This document shows positions 26,957 to 40,829 of a DNA stretch of 64,000 nucleotides, piece after piece. The notes below the pieces were generated by a model that saw only the letters and a list, made by a program, of their open reading frames with translations, was not told the DNA's origin and did not search any database. The position numbers and the translations under genes are program-made. The first letter of the stretch is position 1. The number at the start of each line of letters is the position of its first letter. This stretch comes from Octopus vulgaris (lineage: Eukaryota), in assembly GCA_951406725.2 (NCBI GenBank), contig OX597829.1, forward strand, positions 45,136,001 to 45,200,000. Direction: 5' to 3'.

Positions 26957-28709
26957 AATATAACATAATAATGACGACGTAGACCATATATAATTTATAA
27001 ATTAATAAAAAGCCTGGTATATTAAAAAAAAAAGAAGATATAGTTGGGCAAAAACCGATTTAAATTTGTTAAATTAGAAAACCAAAAATAACTAATTATT
27101 TTGGCTTAAGTCTATCTGTCTTAGAGAATGTCCTAAATAGATCAGAAAATCACTCAAAGCAAGGAAGGAAAACAAATTTTTTTTAAAATCATGAACTTAA
27201 ACTATGGTTCCTTCTTTGTCCTACTTTAAACGTGTGTGTGTGTGTCTGGAAGTACATAGCTTAGTAGTTAAAGTGTTGCACTCGCAATCACTAGATTGTG
27301 GTTTCAATTTCCAGACCGGCAATGCATTGTGTTCTTGAACAAACCACTTCATTTCACATTGATTCAGTCAGCTGTAAATGAGGAAACCCTGCCATGGATT
27401 TGTGTTCCAGCAAGAGGGAATGTTGACCTGCCCACCTTGCCAGCAGACTGCCATCATTTGAAAGCTACAATATTGTAAGAAAGGGAGTTATGACCAGTGG
27501 TGTAGAACAATATCCAATAATCTAGTCGATGCAGGTATCATCTTTGAACGTCTGTCTTCTATTTTTAGATGAGTAAGTTGGTGCGGCAAGATCCAAGAGG
27601 ACTGCATCATGCTCCAGTGTCTGCTTTGGCATGATTTCTATAGCTTGATGCCCTTCTTGATATCAACCATTTTACAGAGTGTACTGAGTGACTTTTAATG
27701 TAGCACCAGCATTAGTGGTGTTACCTTTCAGTTGGTTTTATGCAAGGTGATGAGAGCTTAAAGTATGAAAGAAGGGAGCAGAACAGGTTTCTTGCTGTAG
27801 AGGAAATACATGCTTACATGTATTATAGAAGAAAGGATGGGAACGACCAGAGTGGAGCTGAAAAGGAAGATGAAATAGTGATAATGTTGAGTCTGTAGAC
27901 TCTCCTGATACAAGAAATTAAGTAGAAATGAATGGGAACCAAAGAACAAGAACTGTGAACAGTGGAGATCACAACAGTGTATGGAGAGAGTAAGGAATGA
28001 TCAGAGATGGGGTATATGTATATATATATTCTCTCTTACCCTTTCTCCATTTTCACCTTTCAATTAGTTATTGTTTTACCTCTTCCTCCATCTGTTTTAT
28101 AAATGCTTGTATTTATGAATACTAATGGGACCCATGAATATTTCATGGAATCAATTAATTTCATGGAATTAACTTATTGGGTTATTTCTGAAAACTTTAT
28201 CCAAAAAAGACCCTGAAAGTGTAGCCTGTGTTGTGTCAATATGGAAAGATAGTCGCACATCAGCTAATCATTAAAAGGTGAAGGAAATTGGAATACGATG
28301 ATTGCTTAATGCACTTTATATACTTTACGCTCAATTTTAGAGACTTAATACACAACACTCTCCCTCTTTTTCTCCCCCTCTTCACCTTACTCTCTTTTTC
28401 TCACTCCATTTTCTTTCGCTCTTCACTTTTCCCTTCGACTAATCGGATGAAAGTCTTACAGATGGAGGATAAAAACTTAGGTAAAGAAAATTGCACATTT
28501 CACTCACCACGACCTCCTCTCCCTCCCCTTCCCCATCTCCCTCCTCCCGTCCCACCTCTCCCCCTCCCATCCCCCTTCAACTAATCGCATGGAAGAGTTA
28601 CTGATGGGCTAAGTAACAGAGAAACAAACAGAATCATTATAAGACACAGCCTACTACTACTGCATTTGCTAATCATCCTTCAGAAGAGAATGTTCAGTGA
28701 TTCCTACAT

Positions 28710-29125
28710 AGGCATAGGAGTGGCTGTGTGGTAAGTACCTTGCTTACCAACCACATGTTTCCGGGTTCAGTCCCACTACATGGCACCTTGGGCAAGTGTC
28801 TTCTACTATAGCTTCAGGCTGACCAAAGCCTTGTGAGTGGATTTGGTACACGGAAACTGAAAGAAGCCCATCATATATATATATGTGTGTGTGTATATAT
28901 ATATATGTGTGTGTGTGTGTGTTTGTGTGTCTGTGTTTGTCCCCCACAACATCACTTGACAACCGATGTTGGTGTGTTTACATCCCCGTAACTTAGCGGT
29001 TCGCAAAAGTGTCTGATAGAATAAGTAACAGGCTTACAAAGAATAAGTCCTGGAGTTGATTTGCTTGACTAAAGGCAGTGCTCCAGCATGGCCACTGTCA
29101 AATGACTGAAACGAGTAAAAAAGAG
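28710..29125 (+). mobile_element. SINE family A
   Basis: Full-length homology; a further 3' fragment lies at about 29200-29365. Confidence 0.85.
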
Positions 29126-29582
29126 ATACTTTCAAATCAAGCTTCATGCATGTTGTTGATGTATTTTGTTTATTTGCTCTATGTAATATCACCTCATTAT
29201 CTTTGTGTGTCTGTGTTTGCCCCCTGCTTTCACTTAACATAAGACCAATAGAATAAGTACTAGGATAACAAAGAATAAGTCCTGGAGTTGATTTCATCAA
29301 TGAAAAACACCCTTTAAGGTGGTGCTCCAGCATGACCACAGTCAAATGACTGAAACAAGTAAAAAATATACAAAAATTAAAGAATAATACTGTTAATGTT
29401 ATGTAATGTGTTTTAGGCAAGGCAACTTTTCCTTATATATGGTATGAGAAAATGATAAAAGAGAGGAAAACAGGACAAGAAAAGTAACTATCTTTGAGAT
29501 CATAAGAAATTTACTTCTCAATTGCTAGGTTGTTCTCTTACAATATCAACCATTTCTTGTAATTTCTCGTTACAGCCTGCCA

Positions 29583-30045
29583 TTAACCCTTTTGATACCA
29601 ATCTGGCTGAAACTGTCTCTAGCTCTGTAGTTCAAGTGTTTTGTTTAAAATCTTCCACCAAACCTTAGTCACAATTTATGTTCCTAACACTAGCTTAATG
29701 ATAACCAAGTTATTTTACTCAATTCTTTGTTATATTTAAAATTAATTGAAAGAAACACAGAGCATCTCAACAGAAATATGGTAACAAAAGGGTTAAAATA
29801 TATAATAGAGAAATAATTCTTAACCCTTTCATTACCAACCTGCCTGAAACTGGCTCTGGCTCTGTAGTACAAATGTTTTGTTTTCATAAGTTTTGAATTA
29901 AAATCTCCCATCAAACCTTAGTCACAATTTATGTTCCTAACACTAGCTTAATTATAACTAAGTTAGCTTGCTAAATTCTTATATTTAAAATCAATTAAAA
30001 CAAACACAGAGCATCTCAAATTAAATACGGTGACAAAAGGGTTAA
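29583..30045. mobile_element. tandem pair of TTAA-flanked, piggyBac-like MITEs
   Basis: TTAA-CCCTT...AAGGG-TTAA units at 29583-29796 and 29820-30045. Confidence 0.75.
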
Positions 30046-30059
30046 TGCTGTATAATCAG

Positions 30060-30530
30060 TATATCTTATGTTGTTTATATTCAAACCATTGACAGTGAAT
30101 CGTTTAATCTCTTTTGTGTCTCTCTGTATATATACTTACATATATCCAGTATAGACCTTAAATAGTTATGGTGATAAAGCACATCCTTGTCTTTCACCTC
30201 TTTTGATCTTCACACATTCTGACAATGATGGTCTACTTTGGTTGATACTTTTTAGTTCCTGTATAACACAAAATAATTCTGATGTCATTTCCTTCTAAGC
30301 CAGATTGTTCTAAGGAGGTAATAAGCTCTCTGTGGTGTATATGGTTAAATACCTTTGCATAGTCTGCGAAATAAGTAAATAAATCTTTTGGTATTTGTTT
30401 TTGCTTTTATGGTAGATTGTTGAAGTAGAATATGGCACTTCTTGTATCTCTTTTAGCTATAAATCTAAATTCTGCATTTAAGTAGCTTTTTATTCGAGGA
30501 CTAATATTCCTCAAGTCAGACCAGTAAGGT
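30060..30530 (-). pseudogene. decayed RTE-like reverse transcriptase fragment
   Basis: Minus strand FADYAKVFNHI and GERQGCALSP resemble RT motifs FIDYxKAFD and GVRQGCxLSP. Confidence 0.65.
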
Positions 30531-30619
30531 GATAAATACCAATGTTTTGAAATCTCCAGGGAGGTGCTCAGTGTCACAAAAGTCATTGAAAATATCCTAT
30601 GAGTTTATCAATTCCATAA

Positions 30620-31136
30620 TCTTCTTCACCACCATGACAATCATCAACATCATCATCATCTTCACCACTACCATCACAATCATCATCACCATCTCATCTT
30701 CACTATCACAATCATCATCATTTTCATCTTCACCACCACCACCACAGTCATCACCATCTTCATCATCTTCTCTATCACAATCATCATCATTTTCATCTTC
30801 ACCACCACCACCACCATCACAGTCATCATCTTCATCATCTTCACTATCACAATCATCATCATTTTCATCTTCACCACCACCACCACCATCACAGTCATCA
30901 CCATCTTCATCATCTTCTCTATCACAATCATCATCATTTTCATCTTCACCACCACCACCACCACCACCATCACAGTCATCATCTTCATCATCTTCTCTAT
31001 CACAATCATCATCATTTTCATCTTCACCACCACCACCACCATCACAGTCATCATCTTCATCATCTTCACTATCACAATCATCATCATTTTCATCATCACC
31101 ACCACCACCATCACAGTCATCATCATCATCATCATT

Positions 31137-31173
<37 letters not shown>

Positions 31174-31328
31174 CCATCTTCACTATCACAATCATCATCA
31201 TTTTCATCTTCACCACCACCACCACCACCACCATCACAGTCATCATCATCATCCTCTTCACTATCACAATCATCATCATTTTCATCTTCACCACCACCAC
31301 CATCACAGTCATCATCATCATCATCATT

Positions 31329-31362
<34 letters not shown>

Positions 31363-31450
31363 CCATCTTTACTATCACAATCATCATCATTTTCATCTTC
31401 ACCACCACCACCACCATCACAGTCATCATCACTACCACCATCACCACAAT
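30620..31450. repeat. compound (TCA)n/(CCA)n array with a ~70-78-bp higher-order unit
   Basis: Recurring CTATCACAATCATCATCATTTTCATCTTCACCACC...CACAGTCATC. Confidence 0.9.
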
Positions 31451-31699
31451 AACATCTCCCATGGTCCTGGCACTGTACTTTTCCTCCATCTCCTTCACGG
31501 CATGTTACACTTGAAACTTTTAAAATCTTTGGTTCATTAATATTGCATGGTAAAAGCTTTTCAGATCTTTCATTCTAACACTTCTAACATCCTCATGTGT
31601 TATTGTTTCTGGTCCTGAAGTTCAATGATCTTTGTTTTTGTTTTTTGTTGGGTTTTTTTTTCCACATTTTAATATCAATTGAGGAATTTCTTCTGTCAT

Positions 31700-32110
31700 A
31701 GGCGCAGGAGTGGATGTGTGGTAAGTAGCTTGCTTACCAGCCATATGGTTCCGGGTTCAATCCCAGTGCGTGGCACTTTGGGCAAGTGTCTTCTACTATA
31801 GCCCCGGGCCGACCAAAGCCTTGAGTGGATTTGGTAGACGGAAACTGAAAGAAGCCCGTCGTATATATGAGTATATATATGTATGTGTGTGTATATGTTG
31901 TGCATCTGTGTTTGTCCACCCCCCAACATCGTTTGACAACCGATGCTGGTGTGTTTGGGTCCCCGTGACTTAGCGGTTCGGCAAAAGAGACTGATAGAAT
32001 AAGTACTAGGCTTACAAAGACTAAGTCCTGGGATCGATTTGATTCGAATAAAGGCGGTGCTCCAGCATGGCCGCAGTCAAATGACTGAAACAAGTAAAGC
32101 AAGTAAGTAA
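31700..32110 (+). mobile_element. SINE family A
   Basis: Full-length homology. Confidence 0.85.
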
Positions 32111-32725
32111 AAGCATATACATAACTGTCTTTCATTTGTTTTTTTTTCTGGTAACATACTAACCCCTAGTTTCATGCTGTCTTTATATGTACACATATAC
32201 AAGCACATATTGGTTGGTTGGCATCCTTTTTGTCTCGGGAGACAATGGAGTTGCGCATAAAGTAGTCTAGTCCGGCTTTTACATTTCATGTCCTGATACA
32301 TATGTACACATACACACGCACATACATAGACATATATATATGTATGTATGTGTGTGTGTATGTATGTATGGATGTATGTATGTATGTATGTAAAGGTAAA
32401 GACCCCCTTTGGTCATGAATGACCATGAAATTGCATCTAGAAAGTTCCCCTCCAAGGCACAAGTCCAGATAAGGTTGTCTATCGAAGACCAGCAGTCACC
32501 CATGCATACCAACTTCCTCCTCTCTCCACACCACTGATGTTATCCAAGGGAAAGGCAAAGGCAAAGGGGCTGATACAGCTTGGCACCTGTGATGTCATAA
32601 CTCATTTCTACAGCTGAGTGAACTGGAGCAACGTGAAATAAAGTGTCTTGCTCATGAACATAACATGCAGCCCAGTCCGGGAATCAAATTTATTACCTCA
32701 AGATTATGAGGCTGATGCTCTAACC

Positions 32726-32957
32726 TATTTCTTTACTACCCACAAGGGGTTAAACATAGAGGGGACAAACAAGGACAGACATAGGTATTAAGTCGATTAT
32801 ATCGACCCCAGTGCGTAACTGGTACTTAATTTATCGACCCCGAAAGGATGAAAGGCAAAGTCGACCTCGGCGGAATTTGAACTCACAACATAATGCAGAC
32901 GAAATACCGCTAAGCATTTCGCCCGGCGTGCTAACGTTTCTGCTAGCTCACCGCCTT
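32726..32957 (-). mobile_element. LINE-tailed SINE family B copy nested in the head of a D-type SINE (about 32390-32982)
   Basis: TCTAACC duplicated on both sides; the host continues ACTAAGCCATGCACC. Confidence 0.8.
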
Positions 32958-32984
32958 TCTAACCACTAAGCCATGCACCTTCAT

Positions 32985-33017
<33 letters not shown>

Positions 33018-33224
33018 TATTTACTTCTTTCAATTTTTGTTCATCAAATTCACTCACAAGTCTTTGGTCAGACTTCAGTGCAATAGTAAAAGACGCATGT
33101 CCAAGGGACTGCACAGTGAAATTAAACCTAAAACCATCTGATTGGAGAACATCTGCACAAGTGTGTGTGTGTGTGCATGTGTGTGTATACATACATAATG
33201 CAGAGACAATATATTTTATAAAAA

Positions 33225-33625
33225 TCTTTATATATAAAAGTGAAGTTGTGTGTCTGTCTCCTACGATTTAGATTCCTAACTACTCCCACATTTTGTGGTG
33301 CAGTTTAACCAAAAGCGGGTATCTTATAGTCGTGATTCATATCGAGCCCTTCTGGGTATTAGCGCGCGTCTACGATGAGTGTACGATTTTTTTTAAAGTT
33401 TACCATCATTTTTTTCCATTTTAATGCATTTTTTTCGCTATTATATAAGGGAAGTAACTCTCTAAAAATGTCTACGATGAGTGAACGATTTTCAAAAAAA
33501 TTTACCATCATTTTTTTTTTCCATTTTTAATGCATTTTTTTGCTATTTTTTGGCTATAACTCTCTAAAAATGCTTATATAGTTATTTCCCTTACAAACCC
33601 GAGCAATGCCGGGCGATACTGCTAG
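33225..33625 (+). mobile_element. non-autonomous Helitron
   Basis: A|TCTTTATATATAAAAG ... CCCGAGCAATGCCGGG hairpin ... CTGCTAG|T. Confidence 0.88.
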
Positions 33626-33942
33626 TTCATTATAAATCTTCAATATACAATTTTAGATTCATACTGTCACAGAATAAACAACATAATGGAAAGATGTAAT
33701 TTATTTTCTAATCTCAATATCTATATAAACACAATATGCTGTAGTGGTATTTATACATTTACTGTTGTGTTAGATAAGATAAATCTATATATTCAAATAT
33801 GTGCACTGATATATTGTTAATAAAGATTGATTTAGCCTATTTACACACATTTACGCATGCATGTGCATATGTATAAATATATGTATATATATACATATAC
33901 ACACACACACATTCATGTATATAAACACAAATGCACACACAC

Positions 33943-33993
<51 letters not shown>

Positions 33994-34345
33994 CATGGAA
34001 TATGAATGATGATGATGATGATGTATATCACTTTTTAACATTTGTTGATCAAAAATAATTAAATAAATAAATGGATGCACGTGTGGGTGTGCATGCACGT
34101 GGGTGTGCATGCACATGTGTCTATATGGATGGAAAGACAGTCAGACTGATAGACAGAATTATATACATACATACATATAATATATATATATATATGCACA
34201 CACACACATCACACATGTAACTATGTATGCATATACATTTTATATATATAAATGTATTTATGTACGTGTATATATATGTATATATATATGTATATGTGTG
34301 TGTGTATGTTTGTATGTATGTATATGTATATATATATATATATAT

Positions 34346-34516
34346 ATGCTTTATTTTAAGCAGCAGAAAATTCAACAAAATCTGTTACTCTGAGTTTCTC
34401 ATTGCCGTTCATCAGACAGTTTTTGCTAGAATCTAGCAAAAACTGTCTGATGAACGGCAACGAGAAACTCAGAGTAACAGATTTTGTTGAATTTTCTGCT
34501 GCTTAAAATAAAGCAT
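34346..34516. repeat. 85-bp-arm palindrome (1-nt spacer) containing mirror-image hammerhead motifs; Penelope-like inverted terminus
   Basis: Arms 34346-34430 and 34432-34516 with one mismatch; embedded in (TA)n. Confidence 0.9.
34443..34480 (+). ncRNA. minimal type-I hammerhead ribozyme motif (stem II weakened)
   Basis: CTGT-CTGATGA-ACG-GCAA-CGA-GAAA-CTCAGAGT-A-ACAG. Confidence 0.65.
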
Positions 34517-35419
34517 ATTACTCTACCACTGGTATTTGAGTACTCTTTTTTCCACCTTGTTTCACATTTATGTGTTTACTCCGGTATATATATATATATA
34601 TATATATGCAAATTTACTATAAAAGTCCAAACAAGTTTATATAGGTAAATACAGAGTAGTTATATAACATTAGATATAAATAAATATAGTGTGTCGTGTG
34701 TATGTGCTTGTAAGTATATATAGCAACTTTTCTTTAAATTGAAAAATTCATTTAATTGCAGAGCAGCAAAAAGAAACCAAAAAAAAAAAAACATTGAAAT
34801 TAGAGAGTAATTTTTTCTTTTTTTTTTTTTCACTATTTTTTTTTTTCCCAGGTGTAATAATACAGTTACCGAAATTTCAATTGAACTTCAAATTTCAATT
34901 AGATGTTTTATTCCTAACTCAGTGTGTAAAATAAAATAAATTTTTTTTTTTTAAATCAAATGAATTAAAAACATAAAAATAAAACCCACCATCCCCGAAA
35001 ATGCACCAATCTAAATTAAAACCACGACAACAACAACAACAACAACAACCAACACAAAATGAAGTGTTGATAAAAATTTTCACATCCCTGTCTTGGCTGT
35101 TGATGATATGCAATAGTACAGTTAGCTGACTGCTACTACATCAGCTGTAGCAGCAACAACAACAACAACAACAACATCACACCGACAGCCACTGCTGCAG
35201 CAGTAGGGGCAGCCATTTCTAACCATTCTTGGGAATGATACTCTGGCATTCATTTCAACAAATGGTAAAAATTACAGCAGCCTTTGTAGAATATACAATC
35301 TTGTTTACAAGTGTTAGCAACATCCTCTTCTACTTAACGGCATCATTTATAATTACATGCTGCTGCTGCTGTAGTTGCTGCTGGTGCTGCTGGTGCTGTT
35401 TATGCTTGCTACCTGCGAA

Positions 35420-36330
35420 CGATGATGACGACGATGAGGGTGATGAGGATGATGATGATGATTGACTAGAGTAATGGTGATGATGAGAGTGATAATTGTG
35501 ATGAGATGAGGATGATGGTAGTGGTGGTGATGGTGGTGGTGGTGATGGTGGTGATGACGATAGTGGTGGTAGTGGATGGTGATGATGATGATGATGATGA
35601 TGACGACGATGAGGGTGATGATGATGATGATTGCTGAGAGTAATGGTGATGATGAGAGTGATAATTGTGATGAGATGAGGATGATGATGGTAGTGGTGGT
35701 AATGGTGATGGTGGTGGTGGTGATGAAGATGATAATGATGATGGTGATGATGATGACGAGGAGGAGGATGATGATAGTAGTGGTAGTGGATGATGATGGT
35801 GATGATGTGGGTGATAATTGTGATGCGATGATGATGATGATAGTAGTGGTGGTGATGGTGCTGGTGAGGACTGATGGTGATGGTGATGGTGGTGATGAGG
35901 AAGATGATAATGATGATGGTAGTGATGATGACGAGGAGGGTGATGATGATGATTTATGAGAGTAATGGTGATGATGATGATGATGATGATGATGATGACG
36001 ACGATGAGGGTGATGATGATGATGATTGATGAGAGTAATGGTGATGATGAGGGTGATAATTGTGATGCGATGATGATGATTATGGTAGTGGTAATGGTGG
36101 TGGTGAGGACAGTGATGGTGGTGGTGAAGATGATGATGAAGATGGTAATGATGATGGTGATGATGATGACGAGGAGGAGGATGATGATAGTGGTGGTAGT
36201 GGATGATGAGGGTGACGATGATGATGATGATCATCATCATCATCGTCATAACGATGAGGAGAATATTGATGGCAATGAATAAGGTGATGGTGATGCTGAT
36301 GGTGATGCTGAGGAGGATGACGATCAAGTG
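35420..36330. repeat. compound (GAT)/(GGT) array with higher-order repeats
   Basis: Recurring GAGAGTAATGGTGATGATGAG.GTGATAATTGTGATG; (GCT)n follows at about 36450-36530. Confidence 0.9.
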
Positions 36331-36470
36331 CTGTTGATACCGGTGCCAATTCTACTGGTGCTGCTACTGCATCATGTGCTGCTGATGCTGCTGCTGCTGG
36401 TCATGCTGCATCTTCGTGTTGTTGATGTCGATGCTAATGCCACTGCCTCATATGCTGCTGCTGCTGTTGA

Positions 36471-36527
<57 letters not shown>

Positions 36528-36967
36528 TGTTCCTTGTTGTTTGTGCTGCATCAGATGTTATTGGCCATGGTGTCACCTGTCACCATTTTGATTACCACTG
36601 CCTACAATAACAAGCACTACAACAGTTGCTGCTACAACCACAATCACTACCACAGTGACTACCACAAGTACTATCAACACCGCGTCACCATTGCTTTGCC
36701 ACTACTACTATTACAACTACTACCAACAATAACCCTAACAATGCAAGCACCACCATTGCCACTACCACCACTACCACCACCACTAGTGCTGCTACTAATA
36801 CTACTACTATTACTACTACTTCTACTACGATTATCAACCTGAGTTTGTACATTAACAGAAAAATAAGCATTTTGTAATCGATTATATATATGCATATGTG
36901 TATATATATATATACACACACATGTATAATCAATCAATTATATATATGCATATGTATATATATATAT

Positions 36968-37350
36968 ACTCTTTACCCTTTTACTTGTTTCAGTCGTGTG
37001 ACTGTGGCCATGCTGGAGCACCGCCTTTAGTTGAGCAAATCGACCCCAGGACTTATTCTTTGTAAGCCTAGTACTTATTCTATCGGTTTCTTTTGCTGAA
37101 CCGCTAAGTTACAGGGACATAAACACACCAGCATCAGTTGTCAAGCGATGTTGGGGGAACAAACACAGACACACATATATATACATGTATATGATGGGCT
37201 TCTTTCAGTTTCCATCTACCAAATCCACTCACAAGGCTTTATTCAGCCCGTGGCTATAGTAGAAGACAGTTGCCCTAGGTGAACGCAGTGGGACTGAACC
37301 CAGAACCTTGTGGTCCGTAAGCAAGCTACTTACCACACAGCCACTCCTAC
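36968..37350 (-). mobile_element. SINE family A, antisense
   Basis: Reverse complement of the family A sequence. Confidence 0.85.
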
Positions 37351-37499
37351 ACTTTCATGATAAAATTATTTTAACATTTTCTACCTTGTCTTATTTTCCT
37401 TATACATATCAACTCATATGTCACTTTTCAACCTTCTACATGCATATATATATATATATATATATACATACACATGGGAATGTTTTGTTTGGTTGATGC

Positions 37500-37728
37500 C
37501 AGTACCCCTACCCTCTGACTGGCTCCTGTGCTGGCAGCACATGAAAAAGCACCATCTACACTCTTGAAGTGGTTGACATTAGGAAGGTCACCCAGCAGTA
37601 GAAACCTTGCCAGATCAGATTGGAGCCTGGTGCAGCCTATTGGTTTGCCAGTCCCCAGTCAAACCATCAAACCCATGACAGCATGGAAATTGGATATTAA
37701 ACCATGATGATGATGATGATGATGATGA
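37500..37728 (+). mobile_element. SINE family E 3' part ending in (GAT)n
   Basis: GGCAGCACATGAAAAAGCACC...AGGAAGG...CCCATGACAGCATGGAAA...(GAT)n; homologs at about 39380-39758, 47800-47980, 54775-55058 and 56200-56380. Confidence 0.7.
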
Positions 37729-37843
37729 CTGTCCCGTGGAAAGAAGTGGGTGATGAGGCCTCTGAATGAAAGCATGCCAGATGTGGGAGGCTTCTGCAGG
37801 ATTGCAGGAAGAAAGGATGGCAGGTACAGCTTTTCCCATGTTA

Positions 37844-37893
<50 letters not shown>

Positions 37894-40099
37894 TAACATG
37901 GGGTGGAGAGGCTGGTATGCTTGGGTGACTGTTAGCCTTCCACAAACAACCTTACCTGGACTTGTGCCAAGGAAGAGGAACTTTCTAGGTGCAATCCCAT
38001 ACTTGTTCATGAACGAAAGGGGCCTTTACTTTTCTTATATATATTGTGTATGTATGTATGTATGTCTTAGTTTGGTACTCTGGTGCACTTTTAGCCTAGC
38101 TAGATGTGTTAAACCCTAAGCCATGGTGAAGGCAACTAATCCAAGAGGTGGAGAAGTCTAATAGAAAATCCTGAGATATGTTGTTCATTGAGTTTGTAGG
38201 GGTATTTGTACCAACTTTCAGCTGTTATCATTAGCAAAAAATGCAACTGGTCCTATACAAGTTTTCACCATTGAAAATAAATCATCCATGAGGGGAGTCT
38301 AATAGTTATAATATTGGTTGTTTGACCTTTATGCATGAAAGCTGATGGGAGAATTTACTAGATCACTATGCATATATGTATGTATGTATATTAGTACATA
38401 CATAATAGATGTACACACCCATACTTTTCTAAGTTGATATTATTATCATTATTATTAAGGTGGTGAGCTGGTAGAATCATTAACACACCAGACAAAATGC
38501 TTAGCAACATCCCAACTTTCTTTAAGTTCTGAGTTCAAATTCCACCAATTTTGACTTTGCCTTCCATACTTCCAAGGTTGATGAAATAAATACCAGTTGA
38601 GCCTTGGGAGTTGGTGTAATCAACAAGACCCCCTCCCACAAAAATTCCAGATAACATTGTGCCTATAATAGATATTATTATTATTATTGAGTGAGAGAGC
38701 AGTGCATGCCATCAAAGTGGCACTGGGGTAAAATATACGAAACCCAGTATACCCATCATGACTACTCATCTGATAATTACACTAGGCACATGCATCACAA
38801 CCATATGTGTGTGACATAGTGATCTCATATCAAGATAAACAGCACATGACCTTGCAGGTGGAGCCCAGTGAGAATTTTCTTCAGGTCGATTAGCCCATCC
38901 TGCTCAAAAGGTCCCTGAATAAGGGTTGTTTAAGGATGATGAACAAAACACCCATGCTTCCAGAGGTGAATAATTCAAACCCCAAAGAATTCTTCTCAAC
39001 ACATAGCCATGATGCTCCCCACTGTTTCTGCTCGTGATCAGAGATGCACATATCGTCAGCCACTAAGGGACATGCTCAACTGGTTAAGGTCAAACAACTG
39101 ACAAGCAAATCTGTGGTATTGAGCAGAATATTTATTATTATTATTATTTTTTTTTTTTACAGACTTATTCTTTAAGGCAGTGAGCTGGCAGAATCATTAG
39201 CACACCCAGTAAAATGCTTAGTGGCATTTTGTCCATCTTTATGTTGTAAGTTTGAGGTTGACTCTGCCTTTCATCCTTTCAGGGTCATTAAATTAAGTGC
39301 CAGTGAAACACTGAGGTCGATGTAAATGACTTACCCACTCCCCCAAAATTTCAGGCCTTGTACCTATATTAGAACGGTGGGCCTTCCTTTTGAATGTTGG
39401 GCTGAATTCCTTTCAAGCATTGGGCTTCATGGAGATAAAGTGGCTGAATTCCTTTTGAGTGTTGGGCCTCACAGAGGCAATGACCAAGACTTTTGACATT
39501 ATGTCATGCTTCAGAAGAAGAACCATCAAGCTGAGCAGAATCACAGTTGTGGTGGATACCAGCATCATGCAAATGGCACCCATGCCAGTGGCACATAAAA
39601 GCACACATTACACTCTCGGAGTGGTTGGTGTTAGGAAGGGCATCCAGCCATAGAAAACCATGCCAAATCAGACTGAAGCCTAGTGCAGCCTTCCAGCGTG
39701 CCACCCTAGTCAAACCATCCAACCCATGCCAGCAAGGACAACAGACGTTAAATGATGACAACTACTACTACTACTATAGCTAACATATTTTGTTACCAAC
39801 TGTTCACTTCCCATGAACCAAGTTGGTGTTTTCTTCTCAAATCTCCAGAACTTTACAGAGATTCTTTACACTGCTAAGTAAATACTGTTTTCTGGATACA
39901 CTGCATTTTCATTTTTATTCCAATTTTTCTCAACCAAATTTTAATTTCCTTGCTCCATCATCATCATTATCATCATCATAATTCAGTGTCCATTTTACAT
40001 ACTAGCAAGGGTTGGATTGGTCGAAGAGTGCGGTATTAGTTCAGCTCTTTGCATTCCAAGTTCAAATCATGTTATTATTGAGCAATTATAACATAAAAT

Positions 40100-40430
40100 G
40101 TGTGAGGGCGCGTGGCTTAGTGGTTAGGGCATTCGGCTCATGATCGTAAGGTTGTGAGTTCGATTCCCGGCAACGCGTTGTGTCCTTGAGCAAGACACTT
40201 TATTTCACGTTGCTCCAGTCCACTCAGCTGGCAAAAATGAGTTGTACTTGTATTTCAAAGGGTCAGCCTTGTCACTCTCTGTGTCACGCTGACTATCCCC
40301 GAGAACTACGTTAAGGGTACACGTGTCTGTGGAATGCTCAGCCATTTGCACGTTAATTTCACGAGCAAGCTGTTCCGTTGATCGTATCAGCTGGGACCCT
40401 CGTCGTCGTAACCAACCGGCGGAGTCTTTA
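40100..40430 (+). mobile_element. SINE family D with 12-bp TSD
   Basis: TSD ATAACATAAAAT at 40088-40099 and 40431-40442; A-box TGGCTTAGTGG, B-box GAGTTCGATTCCC. Confidence 0.9.
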
Positions 40431-40710
40431 ATAACATAAAATATGATACATAAATAAAGAGACAAATAAGACACAAGAACCCTCCCATCATCACCATGAT
40501 TTATTTGGTTAAGAGAGAAAAGTAAATGTATAACATGTCATTTTACTCGTTAGCTCTGTAACATCATTAGTCAAAAGTTCAAACACTTCTAAACATTAAA
40601 TTTCTCTTTGATGTCTTCAGAATCAATAGAATAAATAACATTTATACATTAAATTCACCTTGCTCAAATATCTAAAAGCAAAATATTTCCAAAAAAGTTG
40701 ATGGAAATAA

Positions 40711-40757
<47 letters not shown>

Positions 40758-40781
40758 TAATATTATTATTATTATTATTAA

Positions 40782-40821
<40 letters not shown>

Positions 40822-40829
40822 GTTATTGT

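Noticed and set aside
30529-31498. 307-aa Ser/Pro-rich and 270-aa Met/Val-rich ORFs
   Set aside because: Translations of a trinucleotide array; open on both strands, with no domain or splice support.
35100-36940. His-, Ile-, Gln- and Ala-rich ORFs suggesting a nested gene
   Set aside because: Microsatellite-derived; the unique linker sequences have stops in the candidate minus-strand frames.
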